A stretch of DNA of 64,000 nucleotides. Source: Mytilus trossulus (Eukaryota). This document shows, piece by piece, positions 27,518 through 40,905 of the stretch. Position 1 is the first letter of the stretch, and each line of letters begins with the position of its first letter. The DNA is taken from positions 91,140,001-91,204,000 of the forward strand of contig NC_086378.1 of NCBI RefSeq assembly GCF_036588685.1, written 5' to 3'. A program made the position numbers and the translations under genes. The notes beneath the pieces are model-generated. The model saw only the letters and a list, made by a program, of their open reading frames with translations, searched no databases and had not been told where the DNA came from.

Positions 27518-28741
27518 GAGGAACCACATTTCTTACTCTTTAATTATTGAAGTTTCTTTGGGTCAGAGGGCATGACTCCTTTCCGTACACACTCCTCTGT
27601 TTACATTGAGATCGTTCTTAATATAATACGACGTTTACCGGCATTAACGAGTCATGTAGGGGAATGAAACTACACTTTTAAAAAAAATGGATCATGAGTA
27701 GTGATTTTTCCAAATAAAAAAGGCTAAAAAATAGCATTTCAGAAGCATTTTAAAAGAATTCACGATCCCTCTAATATAAAATTGTCCATATTTAAAATTA
27801 GCCCTGATGAAGTTTTTTTATTATTTTGATATAATTTGTCCAAAAAATAGTTCAACACATTCACTGTGAAAATAATATCAAGAAGGGCAGTTGGGATTTG
27901 TTTTATTTCCATTTATTTTATGAAAGAGTTGCACTATACATATATGAAATAACTGTGTTCTCACACCAATTGACCTTGAAACCTCACTCATAATTATGCA
28001 TTCTTTTCAAATATATATATTTGGTGGTTATACTTATTTAGTTCTTAGAAAATTGTCTCAATTATCATGATTACGGTTAACAACCTAAGAAAAGATGTCT
28101 TTATCATGGTTAACAACCATAATTATATAATCCTTTTTCAAGCAATAATTTAATCATAAAAGTAAATAACAAATCTTTTGAGCTAAAAATAAATAAATAA
28201 TTTACATGTATTTGAAAGAAATTTTTCTCTTGGCAAAAAAATTAAAACTGTTTTTTTTATCTTGGGTTAACAGGAATAATTCCAATTAAATAATGTACAT
28301 GTATGAGGTGAGGTCTAAAGACAGTTGTAGTGATTGTTAAGTACTATTGTATTGAAAACTATAACAGTACTCTGTTCAGATCGGTTTATTTTTACTTCTT
28401 GCTCCAAATAACCAATTAAACCAAATCATAACCTTAAACATTTTATCAGATATTTTAAAATTCAAAAACGTATATATATCTTTTAAACTCCTGCATTGTG
28501 ATACATTTTTGAATTAACGAAATCGTAAAGTTATGATATACATGTATCAAATTTTGGCACCTCAAGTCTCAATAATTCAAACAGAAACTATAATATTTTT
28601 TCAAATGCTTGGAGTATATATTCTTGAAAGTGATTATCTTTTTTCTACAAAATAGGTGCAATTTCTAGTCCTCAATAAACTTTTGCAGCCATATTGTCTA
28701 AACTATTTAAATCAGTGTTAATGAAAACCAATATTTAATTA

Positions 28742-30436
28742 TCACTTTACTAAAGGTGGTTGCAAATTAGATACAGCAGAACAAATTGTAAAAATCTCAT
28801 TTGCCAAAGGAACCAAAGTAATAGGCAATGTGTTTTTCAAAATTTGAAAACACTTGATTCGGCCAATAGCCCTTTCAACATGAATTCTGACATTGGCAAC
28901 TGCCTTTGTTTTCAGTACATTTTCCTTAGTCATCTGCTCTGACCCCTGACCAGGTGGTGGTATAATTAATTTAGCTTGTCTCATCACCAAGTCTGATTGT
29001 ATGGGAAAACCTCTATCTGCCATTACCTCATCAGTTGGATCAATGAGATTTAAAAAACCACTGTCCATTACAATAAAGCGATCAGAGGCCCTCCCGTCGT
29101 AAGCTTCGGAAATGTACGAAATGCTGCCATTTGGTGCCATTGCCACTAAAAACTTAAGCGTGTTGTTTTTTTTGTAGTCGGACCAAGTTTGTGCTTGTAA
29201 TTCCATATCTCGGGGTCTTTCAATGAATATTTCAGTGCAGTCTATGATACACCTAAGATTAGGAGCAATTGAACTATATACATGTGGCAATGTCTCTTTT
29301 GTTATTTCTTTATCTGGCCAATGTATAAGAGGCTTCAACTCGTATGCCAGAAACTTCAACCATGTATTCAACACCTGTGAGACAACTGAGAGTTGAACAC
29401 CAAAAAAATCACCCAGAAGCTCACTGTTCATACCAACCTTACACTTCATCAAAGTCATGACAAGTTCATCTTTGACAGACAATTTTCTTTTGGGACCAAA
29501 TTTTTTAGGTGATTTTTTGAAAACCCTTTTCGCTTTCGTGCTTACGATTTTCTTGCTTCCACTCCAATAGGTCAAGCGCTTTGCACGTGGCAACAAATGC
29601 TTGTATAGCCTATCAAATACATCTGCATTTGGCAGCCCTGTGTACAATCGTGTTTTGCTGTCATCTTTCACTATGTTATTTGTCATAGTGGTATGAACCA
29701 TGTTTTTTGTACCTTTGCTGTGTAGTTGTTGTTGTAAATAAATTAATTGAGAATTAAGTTTATTGATAGTTTGTTGTTTGGTTAAGCAACCTTTACATAC
29801 ACAGTTGGAGGAACAGTCACATTTAGAAGCATATGAATGGTCTGATTTATTAAGATGATGGTCAGATTGCAGCTTTTCTTTACATGTACTGTTTTTCTCT
29901 TTATTTATACTAGTGTAACAGTGGTCAGATTGTGCAGATTCTTTAACATAGTCAATATATGGTGTAGCAGTATATATTTGAATGTCTTCTGGTAAATTTG
30001 TGTCTTTAATGTCTTGCAATGCAGATGACTCAATTGTACTTGTATTTTCAGAGACAGACAGTGACTTGCTTTTCTTTGGTAATTGATGTTTAACAATTAT
30101 TTTTCTGGATGGTCTGACTGTTGTTTTTACGGCGTGCCCTAGTTTTACAGATGGATAAGGAGTACATTCCTCAAAATGAATTGAACAAACCCTGTCATGA
30201 GCTTTTGGAGTCCAGTTTTTATTAGTTGTTGGGTCAACTCTATTTACTTGAATCATCCATTTTTTCCTTAACTCAGGATTTTTATTTTCTGTTGGAAAAG
30301 GAACCAATTTGAAGGGTGGTTCACAATCACATGACCTTGTTCCTAAATTACACTTATGAACTTGACACAAAGTTTTCATCCATTTGTTGAGGTGGTATGT
30401 GGAATTACCACACCCAACAACACAACAAATTCTCAT
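28742..30436 (-). CDS. THAP + HTH + DDE_Tnp_4 transposase, PIF/Harbinger-ISL2EU type (564 aa from the first ATG)
   Basis: THAP C2CH (CCVVGC...W...RVCSIHF); TRLYTGLP; LSVKDELVMTLMK HTH region; intact triad IIDCTE, MADRGF and RIHVERAIGRIK. The ORF-track start at 30445 is TTG; the first ATG is at 30436. Confidence 0.93.
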   Translation of the reverse strand: MRICCVVGCGNSTYHLNKWMKTLCQVHKCNLGTRSCDCEPPFKLVPFPTENKNPELRKKWMIQVNRVDPTTNKNWTPKAHDRVCSIHFEECTPYPSVKLGHAVKTTVRPSRKIIVKHQLPKKSKSLSVSENTSTIESSALQDIKDTNLPEDIQIYTATPYIDYVKESAQSDHCYTSINKEKNSTCKEKLQSDHHLNKSDHSYASKCDCSSNCVCKGCLTKQQTINKLNSQLIYLQQQLHSKGTKNMVHTTMTNNIVKDDSKTRLYTGLPNADVFDRLYKHLLPRAKRLTYWSGSKKIVSTKAKRVFKKSPKKFGPKRKLSVKDELVMTLMKCKVGMNSELLGDFFGVQLSVVSQVLNTWLKFLAYELKPLIHWPDKEITKETLPHVYSSIAPNLRCIIDCTEIFIERPRDMELQAQTWSDYKKNNTLKFLVAMAPNGSISYISEAYDGRASDRFIVMDSGFLNLIDPTDEVMADRGFPIQSDLVMRQAKLIIPPPGQGSEQMTKENVLKTKAVANVRIHVERAIGRIKCFQILKNTLPITLVPLANEIFTICSAVSNLQPPLVK

Positions 30437-31936
30437 ACTATACAACTTCTCTTTAACATTACAAGGAAACTTGTTAAATCTTGACCTTTACTTTGACTAA
30501 TACCTGAAAGAAACAAAGACCAATAAAAACCTATTTCCACCAAGTAATAAACATTAAAGAGCAACCTGTGTAAACTGAATAAAGTGGGCACCTCTATTTT
30601 GTCAAATTCTAATAGATGTTAACTGAAACAGTTTTAGACTAAACAGATCTGCATTATTAGCTGATGACCAGTACCTTGTGCCAATTAACCAAGATATATT
30701 ACAAAACTGTTATGCAGTGTCCAACTATCAACTATGCAAATCCTTGGAAAAAAATAACAAATGACTGACAGCAGTATAAACTTTATAGATTGTTTTTTTT
30801 TTTTTTTTATAAATAAGGGATTTTTTTATTTGTGATGTGACATATGTGTTCATGTTGTTATTTCTATATTTATTTTTAGTAGTTTTTATACATGTATGTA
30901 TTGACATATGGTCTGAATTTTTTTTACATCTCCTTCATTTATTCATTATGATTAGGAAATTGTATGCAACTCTGAATTTGGAATAACTACTGCTGTTTCT
31001 AGGCAAGTCTAAAGTATTAAAACTGGTGAAAGTGAATGTCAACTATATATATACCATGATAAACAGAGCATTTAATATTTCTTGTGTTTTGAGTGTTGGG
31101 TTTTGTCAATGGCCACATATATTGGACATAGCATATTTACTTTTAAGTTATACTGTTTCCAGGTCACACATAAATTTGTAGTTTACATGTAGGTGGGATA
31201 ATTGAAGTGCCTTTCTTGCAAATACCTATTTTTAAGTTGTGCTTATCTTATTTAAAAATAAATAAATACAAATGTGCTTAAATCATGAACATACAGTGTT
31301 ACAGTATTTATTCGAGTATTGTGTATAGACTAGTGGTAAAAAAAGTCTGTTTATAGATATTGAAAGATGTGGTATGAGTGCCAATGATACAACTATCCCT
31401 TCATTTTAATAAGCCATCACATACCGCAAGCTATATAAAGTTATATGCCAATGATAAAGGCCATAACTGGACCCAACAATTACTTGAATATAATCATTCA
31501 ACACGGCAGACAAATATATGCATAATCTCGTTCTGTTAATAGTTGACACTTGTCAGGAAAAAATATATAGAAAAAAGCTTTACAAGACGCATTATTGCCA
31601 TCGGTATTGTCATGACCGTCCAATATCTCTGTATTTTAATTTTTCTAGAACAATTTTCCATGAAACTTATTTGAAAACCCTATCTTTATCATTCAATACT
31701 ACCGTTTGTTGCGTAACAATAAATATTTTTCTACCTGCGCAACGATTACTAACGTTTTAAATCATAATTCACGATATCCGTTGTGTGTTTATCCCGTTTG
31801 TTTATCTGCAATGACCTTTCGACCTTAGTGGGTGATCTCCCTTGATTTTTTTCGCACCTGCGCATTACAGAACTCCGAACTCGCTTATTCTTCTTGACGA
31901 ATACTTCGAAAAGGGAGACAACTCGAAACGATAACA

Positions 31937-32424
31937 TGTATGTATGTATGTACTCGAGATTCCGCCAATGTAGACGCACCCCTTGATTGACTGCAAGGGT
32001 ACAGCGGATCCATGTACACTCCCTAAGGATTAATGGAGATGTGTCCTTTACAATATTATCCCACCACCAGAACAATCCCCACCCAACACCGCCCAAGGGA
32101 GCATGTAGGACACCGGGAAGTCTGTTATTATGGTGGAGGAAGCCGAAGTACTCGGAGAGAACCACCGGGCCACTCGGTGGAAACAGACAAACCAGAGAGA
32201 TATCAGAAGATTGATCTCCAGGTCAAAGTAGGGGACAACTTTGACCAACCGAGGCCCCCAAAGTACCCAATCTAGTTTAAACTCCGGTCTGGGTACCAGA
32301 GATGTGTGTGAGAGGGTGAAAATTACCCTTCTAATGTACTGATATTTTTAGCACCCCGAGTGAGAATCGAACTCGGGACCTTCAGCACAGTAGCCATCGG
32401 TCTTAACCACTTGACCACGAACTC
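31937..32424 (-). mobile_element. tRNA-derived SINE
   Basis: On -: A box TGGTCAAGTGG, B box GAGTTCGATTC, V/Meta-SINE-like core GGTGGTTCTCTCCGAGTACTTCGGCTTCCTCCACC, (TACA)n tail. Confidence 0.8.
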
Positions 32425-33940
32425 ACATTGGACGATTCCATTTCTGCTGAATGGGGTGTTATAGGTAATTTTTACGATGAAACATTAATTTTAATTTAAA
32501 TTATGCATGTGATTTAAAATTATGCAACAACAATAGCCCGCCATATGCAGACAGACATAGAAAGAATCCCATGAGTTTCAAATTAATCAATGAAGCGGAG
32601 AATCACTCAATCTGATACCCCTTGAAATCAGGAAAACTACACGCATGTGGGGTCTCACTAATTAGCGACAAAAAGCGTCAAGAAGCGACAAGAAGAAAAA
32701 TAATAAGTGACAAAAAGCAACAAGAAGCTATTTAGCGACAAGAATACATTTTGTTATCACATACATTAAAATTTTTTTTAGGATTATATTGAAAGATGAA
32801 GAAATAAAAAAAATTCGATGAAGAGATTGTGTACTTTTTATTATCATATTGATAGGTGTAGAAATTAAACATGTGTAAGAGCAAAGGAAATGTAAACGCT
32901 ATAAAATGAAAATAAAAACAAAGATTTGTCACCTTCCTTTTGAAGGATTTAATAAAACAAAAACATGAAATATTATTTCCTTCCTAACTGTACAATTAAT
33001 TTTTCCTGATAGGGCCAACATTAGCTGTGGCTTCACTCTAAGGTAATACACAATTAAGAGCACCAAATGAGATTAACTAGGTGCGTGTCCTTTGTTTTAT
33101 TGCAACAATAACATCCATTAACACCTTCATCAATTACACGCACCAGAATATAAAATTATTGTACCGAATAGTGAACACCTGTTGAAAACTCAAGATTGTC
33201 ATCAGTTTCCTTTAATCTTCAATCTATATGCATAAACATGATTTCTTTATGAGAGTACAGTATCAAATATCAGTTTCATAACGGTAAAATATAGAAATAC
33301 TCCACTTCAGTTCTTGACAGTGACAGAAATAGAATTATCGATCGGCTTTCAGAGAACTCTCGCAAGTTATCAAAATTTGGGAATTCCCTCTGACGTGTTT
33401 CTAAATTTATAAAAACACTAAATATAAATACTGTTTAATTCTGATTTTCCGTATTGTTAAAAACACGCATATAAGTCAAGGAAAATATCACACATGAAGA
33501 TTATGAGTAAAACATTACAGGAAAGTTGTTTATGTTCAATTGTTTTGCTTGTTTTTACCTTTTAAAGCAAGACAATCATAAGAATCTGATATGTTGCCGA
33601 ATGTTAAGAATAAAACGAATGACGTGAGGGAGTGTGTCATAGGGTCAATGGTAAAAGTCTACAGATTGCTTGACAGCAATCGTATCCCAAAAAACGAGAA
33701 ACGAGAAACATGTATAAATTAATTAAACAAATGACAACTACTGTACATCAGATTCCTGACTTAGGACAGGTGCAATCATTTGCAGCGGGATTAAACATTT
33801 TAATGGTACCAAACCTCCTCCCTTTTTCTGAACAATAGCATAACATCTCAACATAGAAAAACACACGATAAAATATCAATTGGCAGGATTAACTCAATCA
33901 AAAATTGAAGATTTACACACTATGAACGAATAAATTTGAT

Positions 33941-34940
33941 ATGCTATGTTCTCTTCTACATATAAACATCATGTGTTCTCTTCTACATGTACAGGTAATA
34001 TGTATTCTCTTCTATATATCATATGTGTCCTTTTATACATGTACATGTCACATGTTCTCTTCTACATGTACAGGTCATATGTATTCTCTTCTATATATCA
34101 TATGTGTCCTTTTATACGTGTACATGTCAAATGTTCTCTTCTACATGTTCAGGTCATATGTGTTATTTTATACATGTACATGTCACATGTTCTCTTCTAC
34201 ATGTACAGGTCATATGTATTCTCTTCTATATATCATATGTGTCCTTTTATACGTGTACATGTCACATGTTCTCTTCTACATGTTCAGGTCATATGTGTTA
34301 TTTTATACATGTACATGTCACATGTTCTCTTCTTCATGTTCAGGTCATATGTATTCTCATCTATATATCATATGTGTTCTTTTATACATGTACATGTCAC
34401 ATGTTCTCTTCTACATGTTCAGGTCATATGTGTTCTTTTATACATGTACATGTCACATGTTCAGGTCATATGTGTTCTTTTCTATATATCATATGTGTTC
34501 CTTTATACATGTACATGTCACATGTTCTCTTCTACATGTTCAGGTCATATGGGTTTTCTTCTACGTTTACATATTTTAACTGGTCATATATGTGTTCTTT
34601 TGTACATGTACATGTCATGTGTTCTCCTTTACATGTACATGTGAAATCTATAAATACATGTCATATGCGTTCTCTTCTATATATACAGGTCATATAGTTC
34701 TTTTATATATGGACATGCCATATATGTTTTTTTATACACGTACATGTCATGTGTTCTCTTCTACATACACATGTCATATGTGATCTCTTCCACATGTACA
34801 GTTCATGTATTCTATTCTTTTTATAAATGTCATGTGTTCTTTTATACATGTACAGGTCATGTGTTCTCTTCTACATATACTATACATGTCATATGTGTTC
34901 TTTTGTACATGTCATGTTTTCTCTTCTACAGATACATGCC
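33941..34940. repeat. Degenerate ACATGT-rich satellite with a local 135-bp higher-order period; continues 25811-25890
   Basis: TTCTCTTCTACATGTACAGGTCATATG units on both sides of the nested insertions. Confidence 0.85.
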
Positions 34941-36353
34941 CTTTTTTAGTATTAAGTTGATAAACAATACTAATTAATATTAATTAATCTACAAATTGAT
35001 AAAAAAAAAGAAAAAAAAACCTTTTTAATAGCATGTATAGTAACTTCGCAATTAAATTCAGGAATCTTTATCTTTATTTATTTTTTTTGAGAGAGGGGGG
35101 GGGGGTGTATCTTTACATATATATTATACAGGAGAGTTGTCTCATTGGCACTCATCTTTCATCTTGCTCATACCACATCTTCCTATATCTATACAAACAA
35201 ATATTTAATAATTCAACTGGGATCTAAATAAAAATAGCCTTGCCAGACGTCATTATTATTTGGACTAGGGGCTAACATGAAAGGTACCAATGTATACTCT
35301 GCACAAATGGACCTGATACCTAGTCTAAAGACAAATGTAAAGAGATGGGTGAAATGTATATGTATACCAAAAAATGAGACAGATACAAAACATAAACAGT
35401 GTATATAAAGTGCGAATCCAGCTAGTTCATTTTTACTGTTATATGCGGGTATGTCTATTGTAGAATAAAGGATCATGGGAAAACTGTATTTGTTTACGTT
35501 TTGAAAATATCAAGTAAAAGGATTTTAAGTTAAGTTTTAACATATTTTCATTGTGATATGTCTTTATAATAATCAAACATAGCATTAAAGTTCAAATAAG
35601 TGTTATAAAAGCATCATAATATAGCATATCGATTATTGAAAGCGATCCATTTTAACTATAGATGCGATGAATTATCACTGTTAGTGCAGTCATTATTAAT
35701 GTAGAATTTTCAAAGATGCGAGGAATTTTTATTGTAGAATTATGTGATAAATGCACTTGCAACAAATGAATAAAAACTTAGTTGATGACTTTAGGATTTA
35801 TGAAACATGCATTTTCAAATTGAAATACAAACTCCTCATTCATTCTTCATCAAATATATAGCTTTTCAAACTTGTAACAAAAGCGATTCTCAAAATGTCA
35901 TATTGTATTCTTCAGATTACGTTTCTCCTTGATTTTAACTTATATAGGTAATCACTGGAAGGTGACAGCAGCGGGCCCTCTTAGGCAGTCAGTGGGCCCC
36001 TACTTATGAAAAATTCTAGATCCGCGAATGGATACTACCGCAGAGGTAAAACCATGCACATTTGGGTTATTGTACGCATGCTACAATTCATTTTCGTGAT
36101 TTTACACCCTTTGGAACTCTATGTGGGCTATTTCAGCAACTAGGCAAAAAAATCCCCAAACTAGATACACGGTTAGATTCAGCATGTCAACGAATTCCAA
36201 ATATCTATATTAAAGGACTTTTGTCTATAAATTTGGACCCCACAAAATTGAAAAAGGGACCAAAAATAAATAAAAAAATGCATGCATCGGATACATTTGT
36301 TCTTGAAGGCATGACTGCAACAATAGGCTGAATATACAAAAATATCTTATTCT

Positions 36354-36591
36354 TGGGTCTCATTGGGGGGTTCTGATCCCGGATCCCACTTACTGTTTTG
36401 TCAGATTCCCGTATTCAGCTTATTGTTTTGTCAGATTCCCGTATCCCGCTTATACTATGCAGTTCTAATTTTTATCCGTGTCCCGCTAGACTTCATTTCC
36501 CGTTTTTCACTACACAATCATTTGACTTTCACCTGTCACGCTTGCAAAAAATCGGCAATCCGGCGTGACGCTTATACCCAAATGAGACCCA
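36354..36591. mobile_element. MITE with 15-bp TIRs
   Basis: TGGGTCTCATTGGGG...CCCAAATGAGACCCA (1 mismatch); internal ATTCCCG repeats. Confidence 0.7.
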
Positions 36592-39500
36592 CTATTTTAC
36601 TCTATTTTGACTCATATTAAGCCCATTATAAATATATTTAAAAAAGTAGCGTAGATCTTTTTTATCCCTTTTTATCTCGTCTCGTTTCGTTTTTGAGCCA
36701 TATATAGATGTCGTATGTGACAATGAGACAACTCTCCATCCGAGTCACAATTTATAAAAGTAGACCATTATACGTCAAAATACGGTCTTCAACATGAAGT
36801 CTTGGCTCACACCGAACAGCAAGTTATAAAGGGCTCCAGTGTAAAACCTTTTAAACGGGAAAACAAAGGTGCAATCTATATCAAGATGTACGTAATTAGT
36901 GGTGAAGTGTCATGGAAATGGATAAAAAAATAAGGATAAAGATCCCTATACGCTTTATAAGAAACTAAATGGAATACATTTGAAATTAATGTTATTTCTA
37001 TTGAATTTAATAGAGTGTTTTAAAACCAAACTTTCCTCCGTAAGTTAATTTTTATCAAATCTTTCTCTTACTTTATCTATTTTTTGAGCAAGTACAGCTA
37101 ATTTCCTAATGCATGTAAAGCAAAACTTTGGTTGGCTTGCTTTGTTTGTATAATTGTTTATACAAACTTTGTAAATAAGATTGTCATTTTTAAACAATAT
37201 GAATAGGCATAGTTTAACCTGTATTTTTAATATTTGAATTAAATTGGGTGTTATCATAATGATTATCAAATAAAAAAAAGCAAGCAAATCAACTAAACTC
37301 TTGCTCTACATGCTTAAAGAAATGAGCTGTAATAGATAAAATAAAATAAAATTATACAGTGAAAATGCACCGCATATACAATAATAATGATTCGCTCCAC
37401 AGTGAAAATGAAAGAAAAGTATCATTATTCGACAGTAAACATGACTAGCATTACGAAATCATCATAGTGGAATTTAGTTAAATATGAAGAAACTGAATGA
37501 CAAAACATATTCTACGTTATACAACTTTAATAATTGTATTAAAATGAATATTTTTTACTGCAACAACATCTCACCTGTTAGTTATAAAGCACCTGCACGA
37601 TCTGTTCGTGAAATGTCCTAAATATTCACCTATTTTGGTATATATTTCACAACTGGATGGCTTTAGGCGCGATAAAACCCCGCTCGCATCTCTTACTTTG
37701 TTTTTTTTTAGTATTATGTATTTCTGAACATATACATTTTAACTAATTTTCTTGATTTTCTTCAAAAGTTAAAAAAAGTTCGTCTGTTTATTTATTATTC
37801 TACAGTAGACATTTATGGCATATACAGTAAAAATGATATTTTAGGATCCGCACTTTACATACACTGATAAATAGCTCGTTAAAAATACTAACCTATTAAT
37901 GAGTTCTTTTTGTCAGATGAAGTAATTGCGACTCTGGAAAATATTATACCTGGCCTCGTCATATATTTATATATATATATTATTATATATATAAGTTATC
38001 TATTAATAAATATTACACCTTTCTCAATGTTTTTGTTAATCACACTGTAAACAGGTAAACACTCTAACACAGAATACCATTTATGGAAATAATGTCATGT
38101 TCAACTTTTACATATTTTGATTTCTGAAATATCAACTGCACATCTCTGTTGCTTAGAGTCATCAACACTCGTTTGTTAAAGTTCAAATGTACTCAACCTG
38201 CCGAAATCAGGGTTCCGAAATACATTTATTGTTATTTTTGCTTTGTCTCCCTTGAAAGGCACGTTTGACCGGGAGATTTTATGGGATATCTATTAACCGA
38301 ATATTTAAAAGGGAATCGAAAGCGAGAATGGTCCTTTCGCCTTGATTCACGTCCGCCCTAGCACCTGTTTGCCTTGGGTCTGTTGTGTTCGTTCGCTCTG
38401 ATTTTTATTTTATTTTGTTGTCTTTGTGTATAATAAATGTTAACAGAGTATGTTTAACTGAGAACAGTCATTACCGCTATTTTGTGCATTTTTCCTTTGA
38501 TCTTTTTTTGTGATAATTTTCAGGCCATTCAGTCATATAATGCTACTCGCTTTAGATGAAAAATTATCGCTTGAAACTAAGGATGCACGTGGCGTTGCTA
38601 ATGAAATTGAAATAAAATTAACATCGTCGTCATAGGTGAAAAAGCGATATTAAAACAGATTACCATTGGTCATCTCAACTAGATTGCTTTAGTTTCTCGG
38701 TTTCACCGTCCCGGCTCAAGCGAGAAAATCAATCTCGTTATGATGATCAACGATAATCAATAAGTATATGTAATATATGTTCCTATCAAACGGTTGTTGA
38801 ATATTTGGTATATGGGCGTTTTTCAATAAAAGTGTGAATTTCAGGCTAAAAAATGGAAAATCAACTTGCTTTAAATTTTATTTTGAATACCTCTATTATA
38901 GACCTGTTTGTAAATAAAAAGTGCAATCTTAAATACTCTTTGAAATGATATTATTTTCATGATTTATGTACTGTTTCGTAGGGGACATTTGTCCACCAAG
39001 AAACTGCTTCTAAACGCACATCTTATGGCATTTTAATGTCTCCTATCGTCATTCCAGTTTGTTTTACTAGAAATATCTCAATTTGTCCGAATTAGAGAAG
39101 CATTTTTTTATTGATAAATATTAAACAGTACTTTACATATGAAGGTACAACTCATGTTACGAAATGGACATTTTGATGAGTTTCGTAGTTGACAAAACCG
39201 TTGTGTAGTGTACAAAAAATTTCGTAGTTGACATCAGCCTTATTCTATGTTGATAAAAACATACTGAAAATTACATGCAACCAACCCTTGTTATTTGTTT
39301 TGCACAAATATAATTGAAAAAAAAGAGTAAAAAACGACTGCTTGGTAGTGGTAGTGTCCACAATGAAACGTTTAACTCCCATATTTGTTCCGTAGTTGAC
39401 CGCTGAGTAGTGGACATATTCACATGTTTTACTTTCCTTCCACAATCCCTGTATTGCTATAGAACAAGAATGATTCTATTTATCAAAACACATACTAAGC

Positions 39501-40392
39501 TGTACACTGATACTGTTTTCATAATTTTAAAACCAGATACTGAAGGAGATTTGACCCGTTTTGCAGTGGACATTAAAATTTGAAAGACCCCGTAATGTGT
39601 ATATCTCTCATTGGCGGATCCAAGGGGGGAGTGTTCCGGGGGTTGGAACCCCATTTTTTGGCCGATCAATTCATTTGAATGGGGACATATAGTTGGACCC
39701 CCCTTTTGTCCTGGATCCGCCCCTGTAGACTCTTGCAAACATTGATTTTATAAAACTGTTTATTAGTGAAATTTGAAAATCCTTGTCAAAAACAGAAATA
39801 TGTTGGCTCTAAACATACTTTTGAATTATAAAAGAAAAAATAACATTTATTTCTACCTTTTTTTATACAATATTTTAGAGTATGAATGTTAAAAAAGAGG
39901 TATAGGGACATGCCATTTTGGTTATTTTGAACCATTCAGGAATCAATATCTTATCAATCCTTCTAAAAATAGTATATGTTAGTATGTTCTTTGCTTAAAA
40001 AATGTTAAATATAATTCAATGTATTGACTGCACAAAAAAAATTACTTGTAAAGATCAAACACATTTTTTAATTGAAAAACGCCCATTTATGTTGTATGAT
40101 CTTTTATTGTTGCTACCATTCCACCCCCCCCCCCTTTTGATCTGCATAAATATAAGCCTTAGGTCACTGTGTGACAAACATTTAGTTGAAGCAGAAGACA
40201 ATATTTGTATTCAATATTTAATTGCAAACCATAATAAATTACTCGTTTGAACAATGCGTTAACAGAAACCAGGAACATCTGTTCCTAGCGAAAACTACGA
40301 TGATATAAAGGACCCATAAGGGCATATCAATTTCAAACAAGAAAGTAACAGGCAAACATGTATAAAAACATCATTTTAGACGTCACAAAACA

Positions 40393-40905
40393 ATAATAGA
40401 ATAGAATAGAATAGAATATTTTTATTTCCCAAATTACAGGGCCCATAAAGGGCATAAAATCAGATACAATTGATTTACATAATTAGTAACAACAGCAATA
40501 ATAGAGGCATATACATATATAATTGGAATATAAGCATTGGTCAGAATCAAGCTAAAACCCACATATATATATTGTGAATAAAAGAATAATAAAATTACAT
40601 TATACATGCATATGTATTTATTTTCAAATTATTTACTTGACTAAATGTCAGTGTTCATGCCTGATCTCCTTAATTCAAAACCGTCACAAATATAACAACC
40701 CAGTTTTTCCATAAGAGTAACATTTTCTTGGGTCAAGAGCCATAAAAATTTAGAAGATTTATTTAAGTTTATAAAATTATAACAATTGTTAGAAATGTCT
40801 TGAAAAAAATCGTCCCTTTGAATATCATAAAGAGGGCATTCTAATAAAAAATGAAGCTCATCTTCAACTTTACCAAGTGAGCAATTAATAATATTTACAA
40901 GTTCG
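40393..40905 (-). mobile_element. 3' remnant of a CR1/L2-type LINE
   Basis: On -: VEDELHFLLECPLY C-terminal motif (~40830-40870) and a (TTCTA)n tail at ~40395-40417. Confidence 0.65.

Larger units (their letters stand above)
26091..33690 (-). mobile_element. ~7.6-kb element with Helentron/HINE-type ends carrying a DDE transposase gene
   Basis: Perfect 13-bp inverted repeats GGGATACGATTGC (26112-26124) and GCAATCGTATCCC (33676-33688); hairpin AGAGCA-GAA-TGCTCT outside the left repeat; A runs at both junctions; no TSD seen. Confidence 0.7.

Noticed and set aside
28640-31895. Inner TIR pair for the transposase (AATAGGTGC at ~28651 versus GCTTATT at ~31885)
   Set aside because: Match too short and poor to support
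32350-32424. tRNA gene
   Set aside because: A and B boxes are present but there is no convincing cloverleaf; it continues into a SINE body and tail
33941-34977. ORFs over 200 aa in all three frames
   Set aside because: Stop-poor satellite, not protein-like
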